A model generated the notes under the pieces. That model had not been told where the DNA came from. It worked only from the letters and a program-made list of their open reading frames with translations, and did no database searches. A stretch of 64,000 nt of DNA from the NCBI GenBank assembly GCA_964500835.1, contig CAZCQL010000005.1, positions 27,733 to 91,732 of the forward strand, given 5' to 3'. Source of the stretch: an uncultured Bacteroides sp. (GTDB lineage: Bacteria; Bacteroidota; Bacteroidia; Bacteroidales; GCA-2748055). Position numbers and translations under genes: made by a program. Positions 35,850-45,269 of this stretch are shown here, one piece after another (the first letter of the stretch is position 1; every line of letters starts with the position of its first letter).

Positions 35850-37241
35850 TCAATAGTTCCCCGGCATGGGATAATAGTTTGAGCCGGATGTTTCTGTCGG
35901 ATTCCCCTGGGGAATGGAGGCCTTGAACTCCAGCAGAACTTTGCTGAATTCTTCCACCAGTCCGGGATTCTGATCGGCCAGGTTATCCACCTCCATGCAC
36001 TGCGGATCGGTTTCGAAATCATAGAGTTCTTTCCTGGATCCGTCGGGATTCATCAGAAATTTCCACTTCCCCGACCGGAGGGCCAGTCCGGGACTCTTAT
36101 TAATGGGATGACCTGCCTGGGTAGCAGTCCAGTCCCACAGCAGGGGTTGATCCCTTACTATGGGTTCTCCCTGAAGTATGGAGCTGATATCCTGTCCGTC
36201 CGGTTCGTATCCGTAAGGAAGTTCAATGCCTGCCAGGCTGCAGAAGGTGGGCAACAGGTCCACCGTGCCGGCAATGCTCCGATCATCCACGAGGCCTTCC
36301 GGCGTATGGCCCTTCCATTTGGCGATGAATGGAACGCGCACACCTCCGTCATACAGGCTTCTTTTCCGTCCCCTTAGCGGACCCGGCGAACCGACCCCGC
36401 TATGGGCCGCATTGAGGATGTTGATGTCTTCCGGACCATTGTCACTGGAGAATACAATGAGGGTGTTCTCACTCAGTCCCAGTTCATCCAGCTTTTGGAG
36501 CAGGCGGCCAATGTGAATGTCCAGGTCCGTTACGGCCCCGTAGAAGATCTGCCGGGGTGTGGAGAATCCTCTTTCCTTTGCCGCTCCCTGGGGCCCCAGT
36601 TTTTCATAGGGGGCCATCTGTTCCTCGGTGGGGTCCAGCAGGGCATGGGGCACCAGGGTCCATACGTTCACATAGAAGCTTTCATCCCTGTTCTTCTCAA
36701 TGAAGGCAATGGCTTCGTCTACGATTTTTTCGGAGGACTCATGCCGGGGACATCTCAGTTTCCTGTCACTGGAGTTGGTAGTATAATGCTCATCAATGCC
36801 ATAAGCAGAGGGAGTAGGTGCATCCTCCGAACCACCCAGGTGCCATTTGCCGAAATGGCCGGTTTTGTACCCGTTTTCCTGCATCAGTCGTGTCAGCAGG
36901 GTGACGTTCGGATCCAGGAAATCGGGCATATTGTTGGCCACATGGTTTGCATGACTGGAAAAATGTCTGTGTATCCTGTGCCTGGCGGGGTACTGTCCGG
37001 TCATAACTGCGGTCCGTGAGGGAGAGCAGACCGGGCTGGCCACATAGAAATTGGTCAGCAACACACCTTCAGAGGCCATTTGATCCAGGTAAGGGGTTTT
37101 CAAATAGGGATGTCCATAGCATCCCAGGTCGCCCCATCCAAGGTCATCGGCAAAGATGAAGATGAAGTTCGGACGCCCGGATGCCCGGGTACTGAGTACC
37201 GAAAGTAGAACTATGGCTAAAACAAGAATTTTTCTTTTCAT
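35850..37241 (-). CDS. Sulfatase (Cys-type FGly)
   Basis: PNFIFIFADDLGWGDLGCYG. FGly motif is CSPSRTAVMTGQYPARH. GKWHLGG is present. Confidence 0.9.
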   Translation of the reverse strand: MKRKILVLAIVLLSVLSTRASGRPNFIFIFADDLGWGDLGCYGHPYLKTPYLDQMASEGVLLTNFYVASPVCSPSRTAVMTGQYPARHRIHRHFSSHANHVANNMPDFLDPNVTLLTRLMQENGYKTGHFGKWHLGGSEDAPTPSAYGIDEHYTTNSSDRKLRCPRHESSEKIVDEAIAFIEKNRDESFYVNVWTLVPHALLDPTEEQMAPYEKLGPQGAAKERGFSTPRQIFYGAVTDLDIHIGRLLQKLDELGLSENTLIVFSSDNGPEDINILNAAHSGVGSPGPLRGRKRSLYDGGVRVPFIAKWKGHTPEGLVDDRSIAGTVDLLPTFCSLAGIELPYGYEPDGQDISSILQGEPIVRDQPLLWDWTATQAGHPINKSPGLALRSGKWKFLMNPDGSRKELYDFETDPQCMEVDNLADQNPGLVEEFSKVLLEFKASIPQGNPTETSGSNYYPMPGNY

Positions 37242-37251
37242 GGCTTACAGC

Positions 37252-38505
37252 TTATTTTATTATTTTATATTCAGAACTTGTCATCAGGTTGCGTTTATCG
37301 GTGGCTGTGAAAAAGAGGGCCGTCGTTCCATCAGGTATGGATGCCTGGATGGAGGATCCTGAAACAGAGGCGGAAGTCACTTCCCAGTTTCTCTTGTTCC
37401 AGATGCCGGTGTCCCGGGTATAATGCAGCATTGCCTGAACAGGCTTCTCTTGAGAAGAAATGGAAACACGAGCCTGCTTTTCATTTATCTCGGGTCTGTC
37501 AAATTCAATCAGTGCTTTGCCGCCCTGAACAACGCTGCCGGCAAAGGCATAGATCTCTTCCGGTTCCCAGCCTGGATAGTGACCGTGCCTCATCCTCGGT
37601 TGATAGCGGAGGGTGGCCGGTCCGTTTACTGCACGGGAGGAAAGCCTGGTGGCCGGCATAGAGAAGTGCTTGTCATTGGTTCCGTTCACCCAAAGGGTGG
37701 GTATGGTCACATTATGGAAATAGGCCGAGCCATCGAAGTAAGTGTAGACAATTCGGGTTTGTTCCCCGGGCTCGATGGCGTCTCCCTGGTGACCGTCGGA
37801 ATCGGGAAGGTATCCACAGCCGTATACAGGGATGGCAAATTTAAACCGGTCATCCACCCCCATCACCGTGCTGGTCAGGGTTCCTCCCCAGCTGATCCCG
37901 GTATTCCCGGTCTTATCAGGATTCACCTCCGGAAAAGAGCAGATAAGGGAGTGAGCCAGGATAACCTGGGCAACAGCATGGTAGTACCATTGCTCCTCTA
38001 TTGGCAGGTAATAATCCCCGAATACACCCACGCGGCTTGGACCCGGTGCCGGGGTGGGAATGCGGGGGCCTTTATTTTCTTCTTTTCTCCTGATTGGAAA
38101 ATGCCCTTCCAGGTCCATGCTGATGGCTGCAAAGCCATGTTCATTCCATTTTTGAACCCACAGATTAAATGCCGTGCCTCCCCCGCCATGCACGCAGACA
38201 ACAGCCGGCCATCCTCCCTCAGGAGTCTTTCCCTCAGGGGCCCTGTAATAGGCAAACACCTGTACGGGATGATCTTTGTAGGGGATCGATTCATACAGGA
38301 TACCGGTCATGCCCGGCTGGGCGGCGCTATCCGTTGTTTCCCATGGGGGAGCCTCATAAAGCGTGGAAAGGTCCCAGGGGCCCACTTTCTCTGAAGTGGT
38401 ATCGGTACATGCGACAAAGAACATGCCGATGCCTGCCAGAAGAAGGGCTGCAGATAAGCATTTGTATTCTTTCATATTGGTTCCATTTAATATTGGCTTT
38501 TTCAT
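37252..38505 (-). CDS. Alpha/beta-hydrolase esterase (acetyl-xylan-esterase / dienelactone-hydrolase-like), lipoprotein
   Basis: PAVVCVHGGGGTAF. The nucleophile elbow is GISWGG. An alternative, more likely start at 38475 gives MKEYKCLSAALLLAGIGMFFVAC. Confidence 0.65.
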   Translation of the reverse strand: MKKPILNGTNMKEYKCLSAALLLAGIGMFFVACTDTTSEKVGPWDLSTLYEAPPWETTDSAAQPGMTGILYESIPYKDHPVQVFAYYRAPEGKTPEGGWPAVVCVHGGGGTAFNLWVQKWNEHGFAAISMDLEGHFPIRRKEENKGPRIPTPAPGPSRVGVFGDYYLPIEEQWYYHAVAQVILAHSLICSFPEVNPDKTGNTGISWGGTLTSTVMGVDDRFKFAIPVYGCGYLPDSDGHQGDAIEPGEQTRIVYTYFDGSAYFHNVTIPTLWVNGTNDKHFSMPATRLSSRAVNGPATLRYQPRMRHGHYPGWEPEEIYAFAGSVVQGGKALIEFDRPEINEKQARVSISSQEKPVQAMLHYTRDTGIWNKRNWEVTSASVSGSSIQASIPDGTTALFFTATDKRNLMTSSEYKIIK

Positions 38506-38683
38506 TCTTGATGTTCCCGCATATAAATATCCCGTCGATCTGATCGTGCCCCGCCATTTCCACGCAGTGGTCTACCCGCCAGCTCCTCAATTCCTATTAG
38601 ATTAATAAAACCCTGTGAAATCCCTAATTTCGGAAACCATAGACAGTAATCATTGCTCAGAATCGCCAAAATCATTGTCAGGA

Positions 38684-40258
38684 TCATGGGAGGTCAGGGT
38701 CCATCCAGGTGATCTGCTCCCAGGATTCACTTACATAATCCTGGGGAGAACCGGGGATGGACCGGCCATCTTTCACAATCCTTGTAATCTCACTGGTCAG
38801 CCGATACACGATCTCAGGATGATCGAAATAGAGGTTGTCAGTCTCCCCAGGATCATCCTTCAGGTTGTACAGTTCGTATGGGGCCTGGCCTTCCTCAGGA
38901 AGGAAGAATCTTGGTTCCAGTGATCCTCCCGATCCCCTGAACATGTTCAGTTTCCAATCACCCAGTCGAATGGCAAAATGTCCCGTAAAGGAATGGTGGA
39001 TCACCGGTCCCCGTAAATCCTGTTGGTAGTTGTCACCCATCAGGGCAGGGTACAGGCTGTAGCTGTCTTCCCCGGCATTGTCAGGCAGTTTGGCTCCGAT
39101 AATATCGGCAATGGTGGCAAAACAATCGGTTTGACAAACCGGTAAATTTACTTTTCTTCCAGCCTCGATAACTGCTGGCCACCTCATGAGGAAGGGAACC
39201 CGGTGCCCACCTTCATAGATATCCCTTTTTCCGCCTTTAAAATTCAAGCAACTGTAGTGCCCATAGGTATCCCGCTGGTATACATAGTTGGTCTCCGCCC
39301 CATTGTCGGAAGAGAAAATAACCAGGGTATTCTCTTCAATCCCATTGTCATTCAGGGCATCAAGGACCTGCCCCACCCGGTAATCAGTTTCTTCCATGAA
39401 ATCCCCGTAGTTTCCGCAATTACTTCTCCCCTGGAAATCAGGATGGGTGCAGTGGGGCAAGTGGGGACTGGTCAGGGCAAAATAAAGGAAGAAGGGTTTG
39501 CCGTTACTGGCATCTTCAGCACGTGCATTGATATAATCAACCACTTTTGCGGTAAAGGTTTCCAGCACCTCTACGTCATTGAAGGTAGGAGCCACTTCCA
39601 CCCACCCTTTGCCTTCCTGCTGATCTGTCTCGTAGGGAGGAGTCATCCGGTAGGTCCTGGGCGTGATATCGTTTTTCTTCTTTGTCCACAGCACAGGAGG
39701 ATCCAGGACCCGCTCATTCTCCAGGTAGGTGAGGATGCCGTAATTCATGGATGCCGGGATCCCGAAGAAATAATCAAAACCATGTGCAACGGGGCCCTCT
39801 TTAAAGGGGATTGACCAGTTACGGTTCTTTCCCACGGTGCCTTCGAATTCCATCTGCAGGTGCCATTTCCCGACCATAGCTGTATGATAACCGTTCTCCT
39901 TCAGGAGGGAGGCAATGGTCATGCGGTCTTCTTCAATCAGGCAGGGGCCATCGCTGGATAATACCCCTTTCTTCAGGGAAGTTCTCCAGCTGTACCTTCC
40001 TGTCAGCAAGGAGTATCTTGAAGGAGTACAGACCCCGTCACTGCTGTGCCCGTCGGTGAATACCATTCCCTCATTGGCCAGCCTGTTCATGTTGGGGGTC
40101 CGGAACTTCGCCTCAGGGTTTAGGGCGCCCACGTCCCCGTAACCCTGGTCGTCGGTGTAAATGAGTACTATATTTGGCCTTCGAGGCTCCAGGCTTGCAG
40201 GCTTGCAGGATCCAATGATCAACAGGATCAGGAAAATTACGAATAAAGGTCTGTACAT
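38684..40258 (-). CDS. Sulfatase (Cys-type FGly)
   Basis: PNIVLIYTDDQGYGD. FGly motif is CTPSRYSLLTGRYSWRT. GKWHL is present. Confidence 0.9.
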   Translation of the reverse strand: MYRPLFVIFLILLIIGSCKPASLEPRRPNIVLIYTDDQGYGDVGALNPEAKFRTPNMNRLANEGMVFTDGHSSDGVCTPSRYSLLTGRYSWRTSLKKGVLSSDGPCLIEEDRMTIASLLKENGYHTAMVGKWHLQMEFEGTVGKNRNWSIPFKEGPVAHGFDYFFGIPASMNYGILTYLENERVLDPPVLWTKKKNDITPRTYRMTPPYETDQQEGKGWVEVAPTFNDVEVLETFTAKVVDYINARAEDASNGKPFFLYFALTSPHLPHCTHPDFQGRSNCGNYGDFMEETDYRVGQVLDALNDNGIEENTLVIFSSDNGAETNYVYQRDTYGHYSCLNFKGGKRDIYEGGHRVPFLMRWPAVIEAGRKVNLPVCQTDCFATIADIIGAKLPDNAGEDSYSLYPALMGDNYQQDLRGPVIHHSFTGHFAIRLGDWKLNMFRGSGGSLEPRFFLPEEGQAPYELYNLKDDPGETDNLYFDHPEIVYRLTSEITRIVKDGRSIPGSPQDYVSESWEQITWMDPDLP

Positions 40259-40281
40259 TTCTTTTTTATTTGCCAGTAAAA

Positions 40282-42129
40282 TTACTCAAAGCTCATTTCA
40301 AGGGCAAATCCTTTCCCACCGGTTTCCACTCCCCGGAGATCAACCCGGAGCTCCTCGTCCGTCTGTTCCCAATCGATGGTCCGGTCATCACCCAACAGCC
40401 GCACGTTTCCGATGATCCCATTTGCGTTTTTCAGGGAACGGATCCGTATCATATCGGGGCCTGGAACCAGGGAGATGGCATACACCCTGTCTTTTTTGGA
40501 AGTAAACCAGAATTCGCTGCTGCTGAAGTCCCTGGAGAAACCTTTTTCAGCCCTGTGTCCGGTTCCTTCCAGAAGAGTTTCTTCCCGGCTTTCCGATGTA
40601 ATTTTCCAGCGGGAAGTGCCATAAATTGCCTCCCCATTTACCTGCAGCCATTCTCCCACCTCGAGCAGTCCCTGTGCACTGGCCTCGGGTACATGACCCT
40701 TTCCGTCGGGACCGATATTAAGAAGATAGTTACCACCTTTGGAGGCAATGTCGATCAGGTAATAGAGCAGCTCCCGGGTGCTTTTCCAGTCCTCGTCATA
40801 GGATTTGTAACCCCATGAATTATTGGTGGTACCACAGGTTTCCCATAGTTTCGCCAGTTTATCCGAGGCAGAGGGGATCACATTATCTCCGGCATCCAGG
40901 TAATCGCCGAAATCGTATCCCACCCTCCGGTTGACCAGCACATTTGGATTTATTTCATAAATAGTTTTATAGAATCGCCAGGACTGGTCTTCTGTAAGAT
41001 TCCCGTCCCCGTCGAACCAGATCAGGGCCAGTTCCGGCATCAGTTGCAAAAGCTCCTTTATCTGGGGATAGGCTTTATTGTCCAGGTATTCCTGGAAGGT
41101 ATTGGGACTGGGATCCCATAGGTTTTTACCATTGGCGTGAGAGAGTACGCCTATGGAATCATTATATCTTTTTACATTGGCATGGTTTCCGTCGGTTCCG
41201 TCATACCAGTCGTTGCCGTGGGAATAATAGACTCCGAACTTCAGTCCCTTTTCCAGGCAGGCATCGTAGAGCTCTTTGACTGCATCGGCTCCATAGGGTG
41301 TTGCGTCCACCATGTCATAATCGGAACATTCCGAATCAAAGAGTGCGAAACCATCGTGGTGCTTGGAAGTGATTACCACGTAATTCATTCCCGCATCTGC
41401 CGCCAGTGTGGCAATCACCTCTGCGAATGATCGATCGGGATTGAAGGTCTCCGCCAGTTTTGCATATTCTTCCCGTGATATCCGGAATTTAAACATCAGC
41501 CACTCGGCCACATTGGGTCCCGGATAGGGCGCATCATTTATGCGGATTCCCTTCCAGATCCCCCCCGCCTGGGAATAGAGTCCCCAGTGAATGAACATGC
41601 CGAATTTAGCCTCCCTGAGCCATGCCAGGGCCGCTTGCTTTTCCGGGGAGTTATGCATTGCCGACCATTCCTTTTCGTACTTTCCTGTGCCAAAGCCCAG
41701 GTTTCGGCCATAGGGTGGAACGATTCGGATCTGCTGAATAGCCGGATTGGCATCAATGCTCAGGGACTCATTCCCGACATCTTTAAAGGAAACCTTTCCG
41801 CTGAAATGGGAGACTGTTTGTTTTCCTTGCTCCGAATCCAGCACAAAGATCTTCTCGGGCGCTTCTTTGATAACCTGTCCCCCGCATTCCAAGCTCAGCT
41901 CAGGAATAGGAGAGGGGAGTTCTCCGTCGCTGATGATCTGTACGTTATAGCTTCCCTTTCGTTTTAGGATGAAATTCCAGGACAGTGTACCCTTCGTTTC
42001 TAAGGCATCGGTGCGCTTCAACACCACCCAGTGGTTGTCACCCTGAATGATTTGTTGCTCGGAAGAATTCTTACAAGCGAAAGTGATCATCCCCAGACCT
42101 GCAAGGAGGATTATTATTTTATTTCTCAT
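40282..42129 (-). CDS. Alpha-L-fucosidase, GH29, with an extra N-terminal domain; lipoprotein
   Basis: FGMFIHWGLYSQAGG...YVVITSKHHDGFALFDS...WETCGTTNNSWGY. Lipobox ITFAC. Confidence 0.85.
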   Translation of the reverse strand: MRNKIIILLAGLGMITFACKNSSEQQIIQGDNHWVVLKRTDALETKGTLSWNFILKRKGSYNVQIISDGELPSPIPELSLECGGQVIKEAPEKIFVLDSEQGKQTVSHFSGKVSFKDVGNESLSIDANPAIQQIRIVPPYGRNLGFGTGKYEKEWSAMHNSPEKQAALAWLREAKFGMFIHWGLYSQAGGIWKGIRINDAPYPGPNVAEWLMFKFRISREEYAKLAETFNPDRSFAEVIATLAADAGMNYVVITSKHHDGFALFDSECSDYDMVDATPYGADAVKELYDACLEKGLKFGVYYSHGNDWYDGTDGNHANVKRYNDSIGVLSHANGKNLWDPSPNTFQEYLDNKAYPQIKELLQLMPELALIWFDGDGNLTEDQSWRFYKTIYEINPNVLVNRRVGYDFGDYLDAGDNVIPSASDKLAKLWETCGTTNNSWGYKSYDEDWKSTRELLYYLIDIASKGGNYLLNIGPDGKGHVPEASAQGLLEVGEWLQVNGEAIYGTSRWKITSESREETLLEGTGHRAEKGFSRDFSSSEFWFTSKKDRVYAISLVPGPDMIRIRSLKNANGIIGNVRLLGDDRTIDWEQTDEELRVDLRGVETGGKGFALEMSFE

Positions 42130-43925
42130 TAAAGTTTTTCAATATATACGTAGTACGCGGGATATACCCGTCCGTCTTTGTCCACCAGCTGGGCTTCCAT
42201 ATCGTATTTGCCGGCCGGGATCCTGGCGGTAAAGCTCACCTCCTTCTGTCCTTCCTGGATTTTGGCTGTCTTCTGCAGGTTGGCCACATAGATACACGCC
42301 TCTGTGAAGTCCGACTTTACACTGGCCGGAAATAACCTGTCCAGTTCGATCTGGGGCTCCTGCTGCGGGAAAGTGGCATTGATCTCCAGTCCGCTTTCCC
42401 TGGGGAACCGGCACAGGCTGACCTTGTATTCACCATCCTCGGCAAACTGGATCTTCCACCGCCCGGTGGACTGGGTGGCAAGGGCCGCTCCGTACTGGTG
42501 CCATCCACGGGCAAATTTGCTTGTTAACATGTCATGGGCGGAAATGCGGGTGGGGTTCTCATAGGGGGTCCCCACTATGATGTATGCATAATGTTCGTTG
42601 GGACCTTCATCCATGATAGATTGCCACCAGTTCTCATAGCCAACGGCAAGACGCGCCGCCACCTCGGGATGGTGGTCGATCACGTTGGTACTTTGTCCCA
42701 GGTCTGTTCTCATATCATGGAGTTCATTACCGTTTACCAGCCGCCAGTTGTCATCCATCACGGAGTACTTCCTGTATTTAACCAGGTTTTGCAGCCTTTG
42801 GGTGTCCATGTACAATATTCGCTTGGGCCAGTTTACATTCTCACTGTACAGCAGAGGTTTCAGGCTCATGCCGTCCAGGGGCTTCACCGGATGAAAATTC
42901 AAACCCAGTAGATCCACAAAGGTGGGCAGCAGGTCGTAATGGGCCACCAGCTTATCGATATCCTTTCCCCCGGTTAGTTGGCCGTCAGGCCAGCGGATGA
43001 AGAAGGGAACCCGGTGTCCGCCTTCGTACTCACTTCCCTTGCCTCCCTTCATTCCTGCATCATATACCCTGTTGCCTCCGGCTGTCCCGTTGTCCGTAGT
43101 GAAGATCAGGATAGTGTTGTCGGTCAGACCCAGTTCATCAAGTTTGTCCTGGAGGATCTTGAAATTATCGTCTATATTGGTGATCATCCCGTAAAATCGC
43201 TTATAGCGTTCGGCCAGGTCCTTCTCATCCTTATAGATGTTGTAGTATGATTCAGGAACGTTCAGGGGAGCATGCGGGGCATTGGTGGAGATATAGCAGA
43301 AAAAGGGATTGTCCTTGTTCTTTTCAATGAACTTCAGTGCCTCTGAAAAGAATACATCCGTGCAGTAACCCTTGTAGGCTTCCATCTCCCCATTGTGCCA
43401 GTAGGTGTCGTCAAAATAATCGTTCCCCCAGTAATCGGGTCCCTGGGTTATGCCACCTCCACCATGCCTCACAACTTCATGGAAACCCCTGTCCTCGGGA
43501 CGGAAGGGATAGTTATCCCCCAGGTGCCATTTGCCGAACATACCATTGGTATAGCCGTTCCGGGCAAAGATCTGGGGAAGGATCACCTCATCTGCAAATA
43601 ACAGGGAGCGCCCGGTGATGGTGTGGAATACGTTTACCCGGTTGGTATGCCTTCCGCTCATAAGTGCACCTCTGGTAGGCGCACAGGTGGTGGATACATG
43701 GTAGTTGGTGAAGCGGACCGATTCGTTATAGAAATCATCGATATGTGGAGTCTTGATATAAGGATTTCCCAGGCAGGCCAGGTCATTCTTTCCCTGGTCA
43801 TCGGTGATTACAAATACAATATTTGGTTTTTCTTTGACAGGATTTTTTGCGTCCAGGACCGATGGCATATGGACGATGAGTAATGCCACAAAAGTACTTG
43901 CTGCAAAAAGGATATTTTTCTTCAT
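42129..43925 (-). CDS. Sulfatase (Cys-type FGly) with a C-terminal beta-sandwich domain
   Basis: Start placed at the ATG at 43925 (MKKNILFAASTFVALLIV), which removes the overlap with the upstream gene. PNIVFVITDDQG. FGly motif is CAPTRGALMSGRH. The stop overlaps the GH29 start by 1 nt (TAATG). Confidence 0.9.
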   Translation of the reverse strand: MKKNILFAASTFVALLIVHMPSVLDAKNPVKEKPNIVFVITDDQGKNDLACLGNPYIKTPHIDDFYNESVRFTNYHVSTTCAPTRGALMSGRHTNRVNVFHTITGRSLLFADEVILPQIFARNGYTNGMFGKWHLGDNYPFRPEDRGFHEVVRHGGGGITQGPDYWGNDYFDDTYWHNGEMEAYKGYCTDVFFSEALKFIEKNKDNPFFCYISTNAPHAPLNVPESYYNIYKDEKDLAERYKRFYGMITNIDDNFKILQDKLDELGLTDNTILIFTTDNGTAGGNRVYDAGMKGGKGSEYEGGHRVPFFIRWPDGQLTGGKDIDKLVAHYDLLPTFVDLLGLNFHPVKPLDGMSLKPLLYSENVNWPKRILYMDTQRLQNLVKYRKYSVMDDNWRLVNGNELHDMRTDLGQSTNVIDHHPEVAARLAVGYENWWQSIMDEGPNEHYAYIIVGTPYENPTRISAHDMLTSKFARGWHQYGAALATQSTGRWKIQFAEDGEYKVSLCRFPRESGLEINATFPQQEPQIELDRLFPASVKSDFTEACIYVANLQKTAKIQEGQKEVSFTARIPAGKYDMEAQLVDKDGRVYPAYYVYIEKL

Positions 43926-43929
43926 ATTT

Positions 43930-44955
43930 CTATTTCCAGTCCTCAATTTTAAGGATGAATCCGGCTTCCCTGCTTCCATGGTTTGCCAGGAAGAGGTATT
44001 CGGGATTCCCATCTTTCCACAAGATATGTGGTCTTTCGGTCCGGGAGAGTTCTTCCCCAAAATAATAGCTATTTGTCTGGTATCCGACCTCCGGTATTCC
44101 CCAGTCGATACCGTTTTCTGAGGTGTATATCAGGCCCGGACGATTTCCTCCGGCTCTGATCTGGTCCTTTTCCAGCGGATGACCCTCCAGGGCATCTTTA
44201 ACGTCCATACGATCTTCAACGATAATATAATAGGAGCCTTTGTAATAGAAGGCATAGGGATCCTCAATATCCAATCCGAGATACTCGTAAGAGATCAGTG
44301 GATTATCGGGATGATCGATCCAGGGTCCGTCAAAATTGTCGGCGGTTGCAAGGGAAATTGTTCTCCGTACAGGTTTATGGTCCGAGATCGATTTGTAATA
44401 GATCCTGTAGCGGCCATCCTCATCCACCAGGAAACTGGGATTGGAGGCGTGCAGGGCATGTGCGTCTCCGGCGATAAAAGAGGGCCTGATAATGGGATTG
44501 TTCGGGCTCTCCTTCCATGGCCCGTACAGGGATTTGGCAGTGGCAAGACCGATACTCTGTTGAAGGCTTGGGGTGGAGTTGCTTTTCCAGAGAAAGACCA
44601 TGACATAGGTATCGCCAACCTTTGATATCTGGGGATTGTGATAGGTAGCCGTATCGGATGTGAATGTGGTATCCACAAAAGTGTAGGGACCTTCAGGAGT
44701 GTCTGCCGTAAAATGTAGGATCCTGCTGTCGGTGGTCCAGCTTCCGTTGTCAGGGATCGCTGACATAAATACATGCAACTGACCCTCTTCATCATAGATG
44801 GGTGCCATGCACCAGTTCCACCAGCCATCTTCGGCTTCCAGGATGTATTTGACCGGCACCAGTGATTTACAAAAGGAGGATTCCTTTATGGTCACATTCT
44901 TTGTGCAGGAGAAGCATAACAGGAGTAAACAAATGGAGAAATATATTCTGTTCAT
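43930..44955 (-). CDS. Uncharacterised beta-propeller-like putative glycoside hydrolase, paralog of the C-terminal half of 30282-31751
   Basis: Start placed at the ATG at 44955 (MNRIYFSICLLLLCFSC, lipobox). Shared blocks are CMAPIYDEEGQLHVFMSAIP, HFTADTPEGPYTFVD, HNPQISKVGDTYVMVF, GLATAKSLYGPWKE and ERPHILWKDGNPEYLFLA. Confidence 0.45.
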   Translation of the reverse strand: MNRIYFSICLLLLCFSCTKNVTIKESSFCKSLVPVKYILEAEDGWWNWCMAPIYDEEGQLHVFMSAIPDNGSWTTDSRILHFTADTPEGPYTFVDTTFTSDTATYHNPQISKVGDTYVMVFLWKSNSTPSLQQSIGLATAKSLYGPWKESPNNPIIRPSFIAGDAHALHASNPSFLVDEDGRYRIYYKSISDHKPVRRTISLATADNFDGPWIDHPDNPLISYEYLGLDIEDPYAFYYKGSYYIIVEDRMDVKDALEGHPLEKDQIRAGGNRPGLIYTSENGIDWGIPEVGYQTNSYYFGEELSRTERPHILWKDGNPEYLFLANHGSREAGFILKIEDWK

Positions 44956-45269
44956 TGTCGAATGATCTTTGATGAGCAATTGAATCACACGCTTATTTAT
45001 TCATACTAAAATTCCCTTTTTATTTGCAGAATGATTCGCTCATATCTCTCATCCACTTGCTCAAATCAGACTTTTAATTGTTTATTCCTGCTTTATGATC
45101 GTTTTACGCTTCACCACCAGGGGATTGTTCCATTGCCTGTCGTTGTAAATCCTCTGTGCAGGCATTACATCGATCTCCAGTCCCCCGTCCGTATTCCTGA
45201 AAAGTGGAGAAGGATCCACATTCTTTTGATATGCGGGTACACCGGGAGTGTTAAACAACTACATGGATA

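Noticed and set aside
38502-38687. 61-aa minus-strand ORF in the esterase-sulfatase gap
   Set aside because: It overlaps the sulfatase stop and esterase start regions and has no motifs. It is more likely untranslated intergenic sequence carrying the esterase promoter.
24200-44828. Many long antisense or alternate-frame ORFs. Examples are 26114-27343 (409 aa), 24983-25927 (314 aa), 37423-38394 (323 aa), 24200-24907 (235 aa), 30939-31598 (219 aa), 36402-37019 (205 aa) and 39203-39814 (203 aa).
   Set aside because: Each lies entirely inside a gene with strong family motifs on the other strand or frame. Their translations are Pro/Arg/Gly-rich, which is typical of stop-poor frames in GC-rich coding DNA. 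I treated them as evidence of compositional bias, not as genes.
45082-45255. 57-codon open frame on the minus strand in the gap between the GH29 gene and the propeller gene (LFNTPGVPAYQKNVDPSPLFRNTDGGLEIDVMPAQRIYNDRQWNNPLVVKRKTIIKQE*), considered as a gene relic marking the right edge of the GC-rich block
   Set aside because: It has no start codon except an internal Met, and I can name no family motif. It is protein-like in composition but too short to support without a database search. The plus-strand track ORF 45031-45273 here also looks spurious.
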